From NCBI GenBank assembly GCA_934203205.1, contig CAKPYV010000005.1:2018-66017 (forward strand): a DNA stretch of 64,000 bases, written 5' to 3'. The position numbers were made by a program, and so were the translations under genes. The notes beneath the pieces were generated by a model that did not search any database, was not told the DNA's origin, and saw only the letters and a program-made list of their open reading frames with translations. This document shows positions 9,385 to 20,354 of this stretch, piece after piece (position 1 is the first letter of the stretch; each line of letters starts with the position of its first letter). The DNA is from an uncultured Anaerovibrio sp. Its GTDB lineage: Bacteria; Bacillota; Negativicutes; Selenomonadales; Selenomonadaceae.

Positions 9385-10605
9385 TTATTTTACCAGACGG
9401 TAGAACTTCTTCTTGCCCTTTCTCACAATAGCCTCACCATTGGTGAAATCCCCATCTGTCAATACGTAATCTGGATCTGACACCTTGGCATCATTGAGAG
9501 AAAGACCATTCTGCTTAATCAAGCGGCGGCCTTCGCCTTTGGACTCAAATACCTGACCAGCCACCAGAATATCCAAAAGCTTCTGGCCCTCATTCTCAGC
9601 AGTCAGCTGGATGGTAGGCATATTCTCATTGGAGCCGGAGCCACCAAATACAGCCTCTGCAGCAGCCTGAGCCTTATCTGCCTCCTCCTGGCCATGTACC
9701 AGCTTGGTTACCTCATAGGCCAATACCTTCTTGGCCTCATTAATAGCGGCATCCTGCAGGCTGCCCAGACGATGAACCTCCTCCATAGGCAGGAAGGTCA
9801 AAAGTGCCAAGCACTTCTCCACATCAGCATCGTCCACATTACGCCAGTACTGATAGAAATCATAGACAGGAGTCTTTTCCTTATCCAGCCAGAGAGCACC
9901 GCCAGCAGTTTTGCCCATCTTCTTGCCATCGCTCTTGGTCAGCAGAGTAAATGTGAGACCATAAACCGCATCGCCAGTCTTGCGACGGGTAAGCTCTACA
10001 CCGCCAATAATATTGGACCACTGGTCGTCGCCACCCATTTCCAGCTTCAGATTGTAACGACGATGAAGCTCCAGGAAGTCATAGGACTGCATAATCATGT
10101 AGTTGAACTCCAGGAAGGTCAAGCCCTTTTCCATACGGTTCTTGTAGCACTCAGCTGTCAGCATACGATTAACAGTAAAATGAGGGCCTACATCCCGCAG
10201 CAGCTCAATGTAGTTCAGCTTGCGAAGCCAATCTCCGTTGTTGACAATCAGAGCCTTGTCGTCGCTGAAATCAATAAATCTAGCCATCTGCTCCTTGAAG
10301 CGATTGCAATTGTACTCAATATCCTCATCGGTAAGCATCTTGCGCATATCGGTACGACCAGATGGATCACCTACAGTACCAGTACCGCCGCCTACCAGAC
10401 AAATAGGACGATGACCTGCTCTCTGCATATGGGCCATAACCATCAACCCAAGGAAATGACCTACATGAAGGCTATCTGCTGTTGGATCAAAGCCTACATA
10501 GAAGGTTACCTTCTCGTTAGCCAGCATTTTCCGCACTTCGTCCTCGTTGGTGCATTGGGCGATATAGCCTCTTTCCTTCAATACATCAAAAATACTTGTA
10601 CTCAC
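9385..10605 (-). CDS. tyrS: Tyrosine--tRNA ligase
   Basis: HIGH motif (HVGH), KMSKS-like KMGKT, and a C-terminal S4 domain. GTG start at 10605 with AAGGAGAGA 8 nt upstream. Confidence 0.95.
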   Translation of the reverse strand: MSTSIFDVLKERGYIAQCTNEDEVRKMLANEKVTFYVGFDPTADSLHVGHFLGLMVMAHMQRAGHRPICLVGGGTGTVGDPSGRTDMRKMLTDEDIEYNCNRFKEQMARFIDFSDDKALIVNNGDWLRKLNYIELLRDVGPHFTVNRMLTAECYKNRMEKGLTFLEFNYMIMQSYDFLELHRRYNLKLEMGGDDQWSNIIGGVELTRRKTGDAVYGLTFTLLTKSDGKKMGKTAGGALWLDKEKTPVYDFYQYWRNVDDADVEKCLALLTFLPMEEVHRLGSLQDAAINEAKKVLAYEVTKLVHGQEEADKAQAAAEAVFGGSGSNENMPTIQLTAENEGQKLLDILVAGQVFESKGEGRRLIKQNGLSLNDAKVSDPDYVLTDGDFTNGEAIVRKGKKKFYRLVK

Positions 10606-10667
10606 TTTATCTATCTCTCCTTGTATGGGCCAATAAGTTTTATTCCCTATCGGCCCCAACTTAGCAA

Positions 10668-12770
10668 TTAATTAGCTTTTTTACCGCCAGCTCCCGGAAC
10701 CGGTGCTGGTGCTGCTGGTGCCGGAGCTGCATCTGGTGCCTGTGGCGCAGATTGGCCGCCAGCGTTATTGCCATTGCCATTGGTCTGTTGCTGGTTCTTG
10801 GCATCCTTTTTAGTATCCTTGCCATCCTTTTCCTTAGCATCCTTATCCTTTTCCTTGGCGGAAGCCACTGGCTTATCAGAGGATGGTGTCAAATATGCAC
10901 CGCTAAAGTTCTTATTTGGCATGGACTGAACCACCTTGGACATAAAGGCTTTCCAAATGGTTGCCGGCGTAGTACCGCCAGTCATATTTCCCATGCGGGA
11001 ATTGTCATCACAGCCTACCCAGACACCGGCTACCAAATCAGGTACATAGCCTACAAACCAGGCATCCTGATAATTATCTGTAGTACCGGTCTTGCCTGCT
11101 GCTGGTCTGCCAATATTGGCACCAGTACCAGTACCTCTGGCAATAACACCCATCAGCATGCTGGTCAGTTCATTGGCCGAAGTCTTTTTGATTGCCTGCT
11201 CAGATTTTGGCTGAGCTTCCTCCAGAACCTCGCCTTTCTGATCCAGCACCTTGACAATAGCCACCGGAGCCACATGCACACCATCATTGGCAAAGGTGCC
11301 ATAGGCACTGGTCATTTCCAGGGGAGTTACACCTTTGGTCATACCACCAATGGTCACTGCATAGTTCATATCATTAGCAGCTCCCTCCTTAACAAAGGTG
11401 GAAATACCCATTTTCTCGGCCAGATAAATAATTTTATCCATGCCTACCTCCTGAGCAATCCGTACCGTAGGTACATTCAAGGAGTGTTCTGCCACATAAC
11501 GCATGGTAACAGTACCGCTAAAATTACGACTGTAGTTCTGAGGCTGCCAACCACCAATATTAATTGGCTTATCCTCAACAGTAGAGGATGGTGTTAAACC
11601 ATTCTCCAAGGCAGCTGCAAAAACAAATGGCTTGAAGGCTGAGCCTGGCTGTCTCTCTGCCATAGTAGCACGATTAAACTGGTCTGTGCCACGACCGCCT
11701 ACCATTGCCTTAATATAGCCTGTGGATGGTTCAATAGCTACCAATGCTCCCTGTGGCTGCTTGTTGCCGCTGCCATCAGTGGAGTAGTTAGGCAGATTTT
11801 GCATAGCTGCCTCTGCTGCCTGCTGCATATCCTTGTCCAAGGTAGTATAAATCTTCAGACCGTCCTGATATACGGCATCTGCACCGTATTTTTCAATCAT
11901 CTGCTGAGTTACATAGTCAATGAAATATGAAGCAAAATGGTTGTCAGACTGCGGCTGGGATTTAACTAGATTCAGATTCTCCGCCTTGGTCTTGGCAGCT
12001 GTGGAACTACTAATATAACCATATTTAGACATCTGGTCCAAAACTACGCCCTTGCGCTCCTGAGCCGCCTGCAAATTGTTCAAAGGTGAGAAATAATTTG
12101 GGCTCTTGGGAATACCGGCCAACATGGCACATTCATTCAAATCCAAATCCTCAACATTTTTGCCAAAATAGGTTTTGGCTGCAGCCTGGACACCATATGC
12201 ACCCTGACCAAAATAAATCTGATTAAGATAAAGCTCCAGTATCTCATCCTTGGTATATTTCCGTTCCAGCTGCAAAGCCAGGAAAACCTCCTGAACCTTA
12301 CGTTTAAGAGTTCTATCCTGAGTCAAGTAAGCATTCTTGGCCAGCTGCTGAGTAATGGTAGAGCCACCCTCAGATACACCCTTGTTGGTAATATTGGCTA
12401 TAACAGCACGCATAATACCCTTGGGGTCTACACCAGCATGCTCATAGAACCGCACATCCTCCACGGCAATAAAAGCATCCTTCAAATGCTCTGGAATCTT
12501 GTCGATTTTTACCGGCACTCGATTCTGTTCAGCATGAACATTAGCCAGCTCGTTGCCATTAATATCATAAATATGTGAGGAAGCCGCCGGCCTTACATCC
12601 TCCAAATCCTGCTTGGTATTCAGGGTTGCTGTCAGGAATCCGCAACCAACACCTGCTATCATCACCGCCAAAATTACAGCAAAGACAGTCAATATTCTAG
12701 TACCGCTATTTTTCTGGGGCGGTTTATGAGCCTGCCTTGTTCTCTTGGCCGCTCCTGTACGCTTTTCCAT
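10668..12770 (-). CDS. Class A penicillin-binding protein (GT51 transglycosylase + transpeptidase, PBP1A type)
   Basis: GT51 motifs [12 protein letters not shown] and GGSTITQQL. Transpeptidase motifs SAFKP, SRN and KTGTT. ATG at 12770 with TAAGGAGG. Low-complexity K/D/E then P/A-rich C-terminal tail. Confidence 0.95.
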   Translation of the reverse strand: MEKRTGAAKRTRQAHKPPQKNSGTRILTVFAVILAVMIAGVGCGFLTATLNTKQDLEDVRPAASSHIYDINGNELANVHAEQNRVPVKIDKIPEHLKDAFIAVEDVRFYEHAGVDPKGIMRAVIANITNKGVSEGGSTITQQLAKNAYLTQDRTLKRKVQEVFLALQLERKYTKDEILELYLNQIYFGQGAYGVQAAAKTYFGKNVEDLDLNECAMLAGIPKSPNYFSPLNNLQAAQERKGVVLDQMSKYGYISSSTAAKTKAENLNLVKSQPQSDNHFASYFIDYVTQQMIEKYGADAVYQDGLKIYTTLDKDMQQAAEAAMQNLPNYSTDGSGNKQPQGALVAIEPSTGYIKAMVGGRGTDQFNRATMAERQPGSAFKPFVFAAALENGLTPSSTVEDKPINIGGWQPQNYSRNFSGTVTMRYVAEHSLNVPTVRIAQEVGMDKIIYLAEKMGISTFVKEGAANDMNYAVTIGGMTKGVTPLEMTSAYGTFANDGVHVAPVAIVKVLDQKGEVLEEAQPKSEQAIKKTSANELTSMLMGVIARGTGTGANIGRPAAGKTGTTDNYQDAWFVGYVPDLVAGVWVGCDDNSRMGNMTGGTTPATIWKAFMSKVVQSMPNKNFSGAYLTPSSDKPVASAKEKDKDAKEKDGKDTKKDAKNQQQTNGNGNNAGGQSAPQAPDAAPAPAAPAPVPGAGGKKAN

Positions 12771-12858
12771 GGAATGCCTCCTTAGTAAGAGTGATAAAAA
12801 TTTAATCACACAAATACAGAATACATTTTACCACAAAAATACTTTCTTGGGTAGACAA

Positions 12859-15240
12859 TTATTGCAGTTCCACCAAGGTTGCCCCGGTTCCTCCTTCGCT
12901 CATATCAGCGAAATTAAAGTTAGCCACATTGCGATGGCGCTTCAAATAACTGTGTACACCCTTTCGCAGGGCCCCAGTACCCTTGCCATGAATAATCAAC
13001 ACCTGACTCAGGCCTGCCATAACAGAATCGTCAATAAATCTATCCAAGGCTACCTCGGCTTCATCCACCATCATACCACGAATATCAATATCCCGATGAG
13101 CCTGCTGAGTTTTGCCCATGAAGCTGTTGCCCCTGCCGCCAGATTTTTTGCCATTACCCACAGATGTCTTTTTTTCCTTGGGAGCCTTGTCCACAAATTT
13201 ACATTCCTTGGCCTTGACATTTATCTTCATACTGCCCAGCTGAACCTCCAGCTCCTTGCCCTTCACAGAAAGCACTGTTCCCTTTTGATCCAGCTTGGTT
13301 ACATAAACAATATCTCCAGCCTCCAGTTCCTTCAAATCCACAGACTTGCGATAGGCCTTGACGGAAACAATACCCTGACGGACCTTGCCTGCTGCCTCAT
13401 CAATTCTGGCTCTGGCCTCCTGAATGGCAGCTTGTCGCTTCTGGATACCCTGATCGTTAAACTGCTCCTTCAATTCTTTGATCACAGCCTCAGATTCCCG
13501 ACGCATACGGCGTACCAACACAGCTCCCTCATCCTTGGCCTTGCGGATAATATCAGCCTTCTTCTGATTCAGCTCCACCCGCATAGCCTCAGCTCTGGCC
13601 TCCATCTGCTCCGCCCGGCGCAATCTGGTTTCAATATCAGCATTCATCTGCTCATAAAGCATTTTTTCCTTTTCCAGCTGATTAATAACCTGTTCAAACT
13701 GGGCATGGTCAGCCTGAATCAGCTGTTTGGCCCGAATAATCAGGGATTCGCTTAGGCCTAATCTACGGCTTATGGCAAAGGCGTTGCTGGCTCCTGGAAT
13801 ACCAATCAGCAGACGATAGGTAGGCCGCAGGGTAGCCACATCAAATTCCACACAGGCATTTTCAATCCCCTCCCGACCAAAGGCAAAGGTCTTTAGCTCA
13901 GAATAATGGGTGGTAGCCACTACAGAAGCCTTAATGGTCAATAACCGCTCCAGAATAGACATGGCCAAAGCCGCGCCCTCCTCTGGATCCGTACCAGCTC
14001 CCAGCTCATCTAGGAGCAGCAAATCATCAGATTCCACCTGCTCCAAAATAGACACTAAATGAGTCATATGAGCGGAAAATGTACTAAGGCTTTGCTCAAT
14101 GCTCTGCTCGTCGCCAATATCTGCATAAATATTATTATAAACAGCCATCTGAGAACCAGACTCTGCCGGCAGGAACAATCCTGCCTGACACATCAGCACC
14201 AAAAGCCCCAAGGTTTTCATGGTAACGGTTTTACCGCCAGTATTAGGGCCTGTTACCAACAGCATGGTAAATTTTTCACCCAGAGTAATATCAATAGGTA
14301 CTACCTTGTCTGCGGGCAAAAGTGGATGACGAGCTGACAGCAGCTTGGTTACTCTGTCCTCACTAATTATAGGCTCTGTGGCCTTCATTTCATAGGCCAA
14401 GGCCGCCTTGGCAAAGGCAAAATCAATCTGAGCCATGATTTCGCAATTATCCATAAGCTGTACATCGTTTTTGCGAATCTGCTGAGAGGCCTCCCGCAGA
14501 ATCCGCTCCACCTCATGGCGCTCCGCAGCTGTAAGCTGTTTAATATCATTGTTAAGATTTACCACAGCCATTGGCTCAATAAACAAGGTGGAACCGGTAG
14601 CTGACTGGTCGTGGACAATACCTGGTATGCTCTGGCGATATTCCTGCTTGACTGGCAGTACATATCTATCCCCGCGCATGGTAACAATATTTTCCTGAAA
14701 ATACTTCTGGTATTCATTGTTATGCAAAAGTCCTGCCAGATGATCCTTGATTTTGACCTGGCTAACCTTGATTTCCCGACGAATCCGCCGCAGCTCTACG
14801 CTGGCATCATCTCGAAGATTGCCATGCTCGTCTACAATATGCTCCAGATTCCGCTCCAACTGGCCCAGAATCTCCAGATTACGAGCCCAGTTTTTCAGAA
14901 TAGGAGCCTCCATTTCCAGCTCCTTGAAAAACCGCTTAATTTCCCGCATGGCATACATGGTAGTCAGAATATCCAAAAGCTCTGCCGGGTCCAGAACAGC
15001 TCCTAAGCCAATTTTTTTGATACTCTCCCGAATATCCTTAATGCCACCCAAAGGAGGATGAGCTGTGGAAGATACGTAAACCGCCTCAGCAGTCTGGCGC
15101 AATCTTTCCTTAACATCCTCGCTATCGCTAACAGGCAGCAGTCCCAAAGCCAGCTCTTTGCCTAATTTGGTGCCTGCCTTTTCTGCCAGTCTGGATAATA
15201 TTCTCTTATATTCTAAAACCTTGAAGGATTCCTGTTTCAA
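12859..15240 (-). CDS. mutS2: Endonuclease MutS2 (MutS domain V + C-terminal Smr)
   Basis: Walker A GPNTGGKT, long coiled-coil and Smr domain (IDIRGMMVDEA ... IIHGKGTGALR). TTG start with AGGAGG. Confidence 0.95.
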   Translation of the reverse strand: MKQESFKVLEYKRILSRLAEKAGTKLGKELALGLLPVSDSEDVKERLRQTAEAVYVSSTAHPPLGGIKDIRESIKKIGLGAVLDPAELLDILTTMYAMREIKRFFKELEMEAPILKNWARNLEILGQLERNLEHIVDEHGNLRDDASVELRRIRREIKVSQVKIKDHLAGLLHNNEYQKYFQENIVTMRGDRYVLPVKQEYRQSIPGIVHDQSATGSTLFIEPMAVVNLNNDIKQLTAAERHEVERILREASQQIRKNDVQLMDNCEIMAQIDFAFAKAALAYEMKATEPIISEDRVTKLLSARHPLLPADKVVPIDITLGEKFTMLLVTGPNTGGKTVTMKTLGLLVLMCQAGLFLPAESGSQMAVYNNIYADIGDEQSIEQSLSTFSAHMTHLVSILEQVESDDLLLLDELGAGTDPEEGAALAMSILERLLTIKASVVATTHYSELKTFAFGREGIENACVEFDVATLRPTYRLLIGIPGASNAFAISRRLGLSESLIIRAKQLIQADHAQFEQVINQLEKEKMLYEQMNADIETRLRRAEQMEARAEAMRVELNQKKADIIRKAKDEGAVLVRRMRRESEAVIKELKEQFNDQGIQKRQAAIQEARARIDEAAGKVRQGIVSVKAYRKSVDLKELEAGDIVYVTKLDQKGTVLSVKGKELEVQLGSMKINVKAKECKFVDKAPKEKKTSVGNGKKSGGRGNSFMGKTQQAHRDIDIRGMMVDEAEVALDRFIDDSVMAGLSQVLIIHGKGTGALRKGVHSYLKRHRNVANFNFADMSEGGTGATLVELQ

Positions 15241-15261
15241 TTTTTTCCTCCTATACCTATA

Positions 15262-17925
15262 TTACAAAACGCCCCTAAAGTAGTGACCTCTGGTAATGTT
15301 CCTACCCTCCAGCTTCTCTACTTCTGGTCTTTCTGCCTCGCTGATTTCCTTACGGCGAGCCATGTAAATGCCATAGTTCTTTACCATCTGGCCCAATTTA
15401 TCCGGAGCCAAATACCTGCCATCAATGCGCAAACCAGCTATACCCATAGACCGGAATTTCATAGCATGAGGCAGCATACTCAGCCTGTTGGCATTGAGAA
15501 GATGCATATGGCAATATTGATCCATCACCAATGGAAAGCGTATATTTTTTCTATCCTTGAGATAAAATTTCTTTTTCATAGCCACACATGGAGCTGAACA
15601 ATGTCCTGTATCCAAGCCTCCTAGGAAACTGCCTGTGCAGCAGTATTCAGATACCATCAGCTCCAAATGAGCATCTACCAGACATTCCAAAGGCAGAGGA
15701 CTTTCCTGTCCCAGCTTCTCCAGCTGAGACATATTCAGCTCTGGTGACAGCACCACTCTATCTGCCCCCAGCTCCTGCAAATGCCGCAGTGCCTCTACAT
15801 TGTAGCTAATCAGGGAGTAATCCGCCTCTATAGGTAGACTGGTTAGCTGACGCACTGCATGGAGCATGCCAATATTATGCACACTAATAGCATCTATTGG
15901 ATAGGTATCCACCGTCTTTAGCCAGCTGTGGAATTTTTCCAGCTCACCATCTCTAATGATTCTAGGTGTGTTCAGCACAATGGCCGCCCCATATTCATGA
16001 GCCAGCTCTGCTGCCTGACGACACATATCCAGCGTGATATTCTCATGGCTATAGCTTTCCCCGCCAAAGACAATTCTTCTGGCACCGTTTTCCAAAGCTG
16101 CCTTTACACGAGGAATATTATCTGCCACTACTGTAATATAGCCCCCCTTGGTGGCAGGCCTTACAATATCTCTGGCCTCAGTTTTAGCCTGTCGGCGAAG
16201 CAGTTCCTGCTGAATATTGGCAATGCCTTGACGAATATTTTTGGCTGTCTGACGGGAAAACTCCCCTGCCTGCTGTTGGAAATCTGCCAGACGCTGATTT
16301 TCCAGCTCCTCTACAGCCTTGCGACGCGCCTCATTAATCTCGCTAACAGGAATCATAACCTGACCAGCAATATCCACAACCAGCTCCTGCAAATGAAAAA
16401 TACTGCTGCCCAAACGGCCCAGCTGTTTTTCCACTACTTCCCTGCTTAAAGGCCGTTTCAGGGCTGGCTCCCCAATAAACTCAGTAGCTGCCACGGCTAC
16501 ATTGCCTGCCTCGTCCTCCAGTTGGATAACCAATGGCTCCCCTATAGCTGCTGTAACCTGAGCTTTAATATTATATCTACGGACCGGAGCACCAGAGGCA
16601 TACATGGCCTTGGCTTCCTCCATTAATTTGCTATCCAGAACCTTAAAAGCTCTATCGCCGGGGAACACCCTGCCTTCAACAGCAAAAGCCACTACAGTGC
16701 CAGAGGCTCCCTGCTGCACAGGCACCAGATTTTGCATGTTCAGACCATCCGATAATTTATACTTATGGGATGCAGCCTTACCTGCTTTCTGCTTTTTGCC
16801 TTTAGTGTTTTTGGCATTTTTGCTATTCTTAGCTTCCTTAACCAGATACAGCTTTTGAATGGTGGTGGTAACTCGTCCCCCTACCTTTACCCAAAAGTCT
16901 ACCTGATCTCCGGTCTGCAAATCTGTATTCAACTTCATGGACACCATGCCATTGCTGACATCATAGCTTAGAACCCGGCCCAGCATCAGGCCTCTATTAT
17001 TTGGCCGTTTGTCGCTCATCATATTACGGCCCTGCTTCTCCTCCAAATAGGCTGTAGTAAAATCCCGATTAAAAATCTGAGCCAGTGCCTGACTGTCCTG
17101 GGGCTGTGCCTGAAAATCTCCCTGAAGCCAGCTATCCACAGCCCGCCGATAACAGCCTACTGCTGTAGCCACATATTCTGGCCGTTTCATACGCCCCTCT
17201 ATTTTGAGGGAGCTTACTCCTGCCTTTAGAAGCTCTGGCAACAAATCAATGGTTTTCAAATCCCTAGGACTTAAAAGATACTGACCAGCGCTGCCAGCTA
17301 ACAAATCATTATCATTTTCATCCACCAAAGTATATGGCAGGCGGCAAGGCTGGGCGCAACGACCACGATTGCCACTGCGTCCCCCAATCATACTGCTCAT
17401 CAGGCACTGTCCAGAGTAACATACACAGAGAGCACCATGAACAAAAACCTCTATCTCTGCCTTGGCTTCACTACAGATATGACGAATAGCCTCCAAGGAC
17501 AGCTCTCTGGACAGCACCACCCGGCTAAAGCCCAGAGCCTCCAATGCCCGCACTCCGTCCAGATTGTGTACTGTCATCTGGGTACTGGCATGCATAGGCA
17601 GTTCTGGCACAACCTCTCTAACTATGCGGGCTGCTCCCAAATCCTGCACCAGCACAGCATCTGCTCCTGCCTCATAGAGAAACCGCAAATACTGCTTTAA
17701 TCCTGGCAATTCATTATCATCAACAATGGTATTTACAGTTACATGAACGTGAACCTTGCGCATATGAGCAAAATGTATGGCCTCTCTTAGCCCCTCTTCA
17801 TCAAAATTATCCGCATAGGCACGAGCGCCAAACATATTTCCCGCCAGATATACCGCATTGGCACCGCTCTCCACTGCTGCTGCCAACGCTTCCCGGCTGC
17901 CAGCCGGTGCCAAAAGCTCAACCAC
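15262..17925 (-). CDS. U32-family protein with two U32 modules (long DUF3656-type form)
   Basis: The N-terminal module has the Cys cluster CVCYSGQC...CAQPCR and the KIEGRMK motif. The C-terminal third repeats the fold (ELLAPAG-like start, CCTGS...CSAPC, RIDGRY). GTG start at 17925 with GGAGGG 7 nt upstream. Confidence 0.85.
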   Translation of the reverse strand: MVELLAPAGSREALAAAVESGANAVYLAGNMFGARAYADNFDEEGLREAIHFAHMRKVHVHVTVNTIVDDNELPGLKQYLRFLYEAGADAVLVQDLGAARIVREVVPELPMHASTQMTVHNLDGVRALEALGFSRVVLSRELSLEAIRHICSEAKAEIEVFVHGALCVCYSGQCLMSSMIGGRSGNRGRCAQPCRLPYTLVDENDNDLLAGSAGQYLLSPRDLKTIDLLPELLKAGVSSLKIEGRMKRPEYVATAVGCYRRAVDSWLQGDFQAQPQDSQALAQIFNRDFTTAYLEEKQGRNMMSDKRPNNRGLMLGRVLSYDVSNGMVSMKLNTDLQTGDQVDFWVKVGGRVTTTIQKLYLVKEAKNSKNAKNTKGKKQKAGKAASHKYKLSDGLNMQNLVPVQQGASGTVVAFAVEGRVFPGDRAFKVLDSKLMEEAKAMYASGAPVRRYNIKAQVTAAIGEPLVIQLEDEAGNVAVAATEFIGEPALKRPLSREVVEKQLGRLGSSIFHLQELVVDIAGQVMIPVSEINEARRKAVEELENQRLADFQQQAGEFSRQTAKNIRQGIANIQQELLRRQAKTEARDIVRPATKGGYITVVADNIPRVKAALENGARRIVFGGESYSHENITLDMCRQAAELAHEYGAAIVLNTPRIIRDGELEKFHSWLKTVDTYPIDAISVHNIGMLHAVRQLTSLPIEADYSLISYNVEALRHLQELGADRVVLSPELNMSQLEKLGQESPLPLECLVDAHLELMVSEYCCTGSFLGGLDTGHCSAPCVAMKKKFYLKDRKNIRFPLVMDQYCHMHLLNANRLSMLPHAMKFRSMGIAGLRIDGRYLAPDKLGQMVKNYGIYMARRKEISEAERPEVEKLEGRNITRGHYFRGVL

Positions 17926-18018
17926 AATAAAACCCTCCGTTATCCACACACCCCAGGCCAAAAAAGCCTAGGGAAAATATTTCGTTCTAACCGAAATATT
18001 ATATCAGAAAATCTACAT

Positions 18019-18062
18019 AAAAAAAAGAGATTGCAACCTTACTAAGTAAAATCACAATCTCT
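18019..18062 (-). terminator. Terminator of cbiL
   Basis: AGAGATTG / CAATCTCT 8-bp stem (18026-18033, 18055-18062) followed by a T run on the minus strand. Confidence 0.6.
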
Positions 18063-18078
18063 CTGCTCTCAGCAACTA

Positions 18079-18774
18079 TTACCGTCTAGTCAGAATGGTA
18101 GAAAGATAATTCAACTTTCTGCCTTTTTCCTGGCTGATGTCACGAATAATCACTTCATCGTCCAGGCCGCAACGGCTGGCCAAGACAGCCTGTTTTGCCA
18201 AGCCTTCTGCTGCCAGCATATCTATAACCTCATCAGAGTTCTTATATACCTTCATCAGCACTGCATTATCACAGGTTTTTAGAGCCGCCTTGACTCTTTC
18301 CTCTGGCATATTGGCAGGAATAATGCTGAGAATGCTATCTCCCTCCACAATTGGCGTATTGGTAGCACTGCCAATAGCGCAAAATGCTGGAATACCAGGG
18401 ATAGTTTCAATCTCCACCTTTTCCTGCTGCAGCAGACGGAAAACATAAATGTAGGTGCTGTAAAACATTGGATCTCCAATAGTCAAAAAGCCTACATTCT
18501 TGCCCTGCTCCAAAAGGGCCAATATCTCCTTTTTGTTTTTCTGCCAAGCAGTATCATCAGCAGCAAAGCCAACAGTCATAGGAAAAACCTGATAGATAAT
18601 CTCTGTTTCAGGACGGATATGCTCCTTAGCAATATTCAAAGCCACGGAGCCCTCCTTTTTTTCCGTCTTTGGTGCAATAATTACATCCAACTTCTTAATA
18701 GCGTTTATTGCCTTGACGGTCAAAAGCTCTGGATCACCAGGGCCTACACCAATACCATATAATTTACCTGTCAT
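18079..18774 (-). CDS. cbiL: Precorrin-2 C20-methyltransferase
   Basis: MTGKLYGIGVGPGDPELLTVKA start, and GDPMFYST, PGIPAF, LMKVY and STILTRR segments matching the CbiL/CobI pattern. ATG at 18774. Confidence 0.85.
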   Translation of the reverse strand: MTGKLYGIGVGPGDPELLTVKAINAIKKLDVIIAPKTEKKEGSVALNIAKEHIRPETEIIYQVFPMTVGFAADDTAWQKNKKEILALLEQGKNVGFLTIGDPMFYSTYIYVFRLLQQEKVEIETIPGIPAFCAIGSATNTPIVEGDSILSIIPANMPEERVKAALKTCDNAVLMKVYKNSDEVIDMLAAEGLAKQAVLASRCGLDDEVIIRDISQEKGRKLNYLSTILTRR

Positions 18775-18845
18775 AAAATAATAGCCTTCCTTTCGTGATA
18801 AAACCAACTTCGAATATTGCTCATACATTTCTATATATTTTTCTA

Positions 18846-19760
18846 TTATCTATTTTTGTCCTGCAAATAGCGCTTCAAAGCATCCTGCCAATCAGGCAAA
18901 GGCCGAAAGCCCTGTTCTGCCAATTTGCTGGTGTCCAATCGACTATTAAACGGTCGTTGGGCCTTGCTAATGCCATATTCCTCGGTAGTAACTGGCAGCA
19001 CCTCCACAGGCATATCCGCCTGACGGAATATTTCCTTGGCAAAATCATACCAACTAATATTACTGCCCTCATTGGTGGCATTGTAAAAACCATATTTCTC
19101 AGATTCTATCATATCCACCAGCAAGCGGGCCAAATCCAAGGTGTAAGTTGGCCTGCCAAGCTGATCATTAACCACCTTGAGCTGGGAGTGATTGCTGCCT
19201 ACCCGCAGCATAGTATCTACAAAATTACCACCATTACGGCCGAACACCCAGGAAATCCTTACCACAAAAAATTTTTTGAGACATTCCTTTACTACCAGTT
19301 CCCCCATTAGCTTGCCAAAACCATAAACATTCATGGGATCATAATCCTGACAATCTGCCTGCCAAGGCTCTGTGCCCTGGCCATTAAAGACATAATCCGT
19401 AGAAATATACATCATCTTGCAATCCAAATAATTGCAAGCATCTACAATATTAGATGTGCCCTCACCGTTAACAGCCAAGGCCTTCGGCTTGTTCTCCGCC
19501 TCCTCTGCACCATCCACATTGGTCCAAGCAGCGCAATGGATAACTGCATCTGGTTTTACAGCCAGCAATACCTGCCTTACATTCTCCCGCTGACAAATAT
19601 CCATGGGATAATAGGGTACTCTACAGACAGCCGTACCATCCTGCACCCCGGTGTATTTTTCCCCACTGCCAGAGGCAAGAGCTTCATGGCCTCTAGCCAC
19701 CAGCTCGTTGACTACATCATGGCCCAGCTGACCATTGGCCCCTGTTACAAAAACCTTCAT
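18846..19760 (-). CDS. rfbD: dTDP-4-dehydrorhamnose reductase
   Basis: MKVFVTGANGQLG Rossmann start. ATGA overlap with the rfbC stop. Confidence 0.93.
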   Translation of the reverse strand: MKVFVTGANGQLGHDVVNELVARGHEALASGSGEKYTGVQDGTAVCRVPYYPMDICQRENVRQVLLAVKPDAVIHCAAWTNVDGAEEAENKPKALAVNGEGTSNIVDACNYLDCKMMYISTDYVFNGQGTEPWQADCQDYDPMNVYGFGKLMGELVVKECLKKFFVVRISWVFGRNGGNFVDTMLRVGSNHSQLKVVNDQLGRPTYTLDLARLLVDMIESEKYGFYNATNEGSNISWYDFAKEIFRQADMPVEVLPVTTEEYGISKAQRPFNSRLDTSKLAEQGFRPLPDWQDALKRYLQDKNR

Positions 19761-20353
19761 CTTGTCAGCTCCTTCAAGGTGCCCCATTTTTTGTCCTTAT
19801 CAGAAAGATTCAAGGCCACACCATCCACCAGATACCCGGCAGAATCTGCTGAACCCTTGTATGTACCTGTCAGCATGGGCCAATCTATACCAATCTCCGG
19901 ATCATTCCAAGCCAAACCGCCTTCATCTCCTGGATGATAAAAATCCGTTACCTTGTAGCAAAATTCTGCCTTTTCACTAAGTACCAAAAAACCGTGGGCA
20001 AAGCCCTCAGAAATATAAAACTGCTTCATATTCTCGGCAGAAAGCTCCACGCCGTACCACTGGCCATAGGTGTCAGAACCGGGACGCAAATCAACCGCCA
20101 CATCAAAAACATTTCCCTGTATTACCCGCACCAGCTTCCCCTGAGGATGCTCCTTCTGGAAATGCAGGCCACGCAGCACTCCCTTGGTACTCATGCTTTG
20201 ATTGTCCTGCACAAAAACCATGTCTAGACCTGCCTCATGCATATCCTGCTGATTATAGGTTTCCACAAAATAACCTCTGTTATCGCCAAAAACAGTAGGC
20301 TCTATTACATAAAGCCCCTCAATAGGAGCCTTGGTTACCTTTATTTTTCCCAA
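19757..20353 (-). CDS. rfbC: dTDP-4-dehydrorhamnose 3,5-epimerase
   Basis: RmlC cupin motifs (DNRGYF, RGLHFQ, QGKLVRV); 198 aa. Confidence 0.95.
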   Translation of the reverse strand: MGKIKVTKAPIEGLYVIEPTVFGDNRGYFVETYNQQDMHEAGLDMVFVQDNQSMSTKGVLRGLHFQKEHPQGKLVRVIQGNVFDVAVDLRPGSDTYGQWYGVELSAENMKQFYISEGFAHGFLVLSEKAEFCYKVTDFYHPGDEGGLAWNDPEIGIDWPMLTGTYKGSADSAGYLVDGVALNLSDKDKKWGTLKELTR

Positions 20354-20354
20354 T

